DNA of 64,000 bases from Minisyncoccota bacterium. Lineage in GTDB: Bacteria; Patescibacteriota; Minisyncoccia; Phycocordibacterales; UBA2100. The first letter of the stretch is position 1; every line of letters starts with the position of its first letter. Location: assembly GCA_022842645.1 (NCBI GenBank), contig JALHPE010000001.1:329462-393461 (forward strand), read 5' to 3'. The notes under the pieces are model-generated. The model saw nothing but the letters and a program-made list of their open reading frames with translations, made no database searches and had not been told where the DNA came from. Below are positions 63,925-64,000 of the stretch, one piece after another. A program made the position numbers and the translations under genes.

Positions 63925-64000
63925 GCGGAATCTTGTAAACGGGTAAGTCTCATAAGTATACAGCGCGCTATGAAGTTTCAGGTGTTGACGTTCCGCTCTC

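Noticed and set aside
1-64000. CRISPR arrays, rRNA genes, prophage or transposase genes
   Set aside because: There are no regularly spaced direct repeats, no 16S or 23S-like conserved stretches, and no integrase, transposase, terminase or capsid-like ORFs in any frame. The only mobile-looking items are the HNH gene and the short TIR element, both reported above.

Overview
This looks like a compact bacterial chromosome segment with very high coding density, many 4-nt start/stop overlaps and a reduced gene set, consistent with a small-genome, possibly Candidate Phyla Radiation/Parcubacteria-like organism; that lineage call is an inference from gene content, not a database hit. The window spans the chromosomal replication origin, with rpmH-rnpA-yidC-jag on the minus strand diverging from dnaA-dnaN on the plus strand and DnaA-box-like motifs in both flanking intergenic regions. 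Immediately upstream sits a type IV secretion/conjugation-like operon. It has a TrbL/VirB6-like protein, a PrgI/VirB3-like protein, an apparently split VirB4 ATPase, two secreted proteins and a VirB2/TrbC-like pilin. The rest is dominated by DNA replication and repair genes (polA, holA-like, ruvA, ruvB, ruvC, ruvX, recO, recA, ssb, a PIF1-like helicase) and by translation genes (argS, ileS, glyQS, metG, rpsT, rplS, rplK, rpsF, rpsR, efp, seven tRNAs). It also carries peptidoglycan genes (PBP1A, a Mur ligase, uppS), type IV pilus genes (pilB, pilMNO-like) and several large secreted or surface proteins. Two observations stand out. Four tRNA loci (Lys, Arg-GCG, Arg/Val pair, Leu) each carry a conserved 3' trailer of about 120-170 nt with shared motifs (GACGGAGGC, GAGYCGGGGTYG, AATATYTGTGAC), and three of the four also carry a segment antisense to the 3' T-arm of their own tRNA, which points to an RNA-level function. 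The isoleucyl-tRNA synthetase carries an in-frame histidine-phosphatase (phosphoglycerate-mutase-like, RHG...SHG) domain of about 190 aa inserted into its catalytic core. Smaller points: rplK ends in a terminator followed directly by argS, so rplA-rplJ-rplL are absent from the expected position. The 3' flank of pilB holds a 116-bp element with perfect 25-bp terminal inverted repeats inside an unusually long structured intergenic region. There are two paralogous Cys-rich/poly-Gly secreted proteins, an HNH endonuclease beside tRNA-His, and a sigma70-like promoter followed by a terminator hairpin ahead of secE-nusG-rplK.
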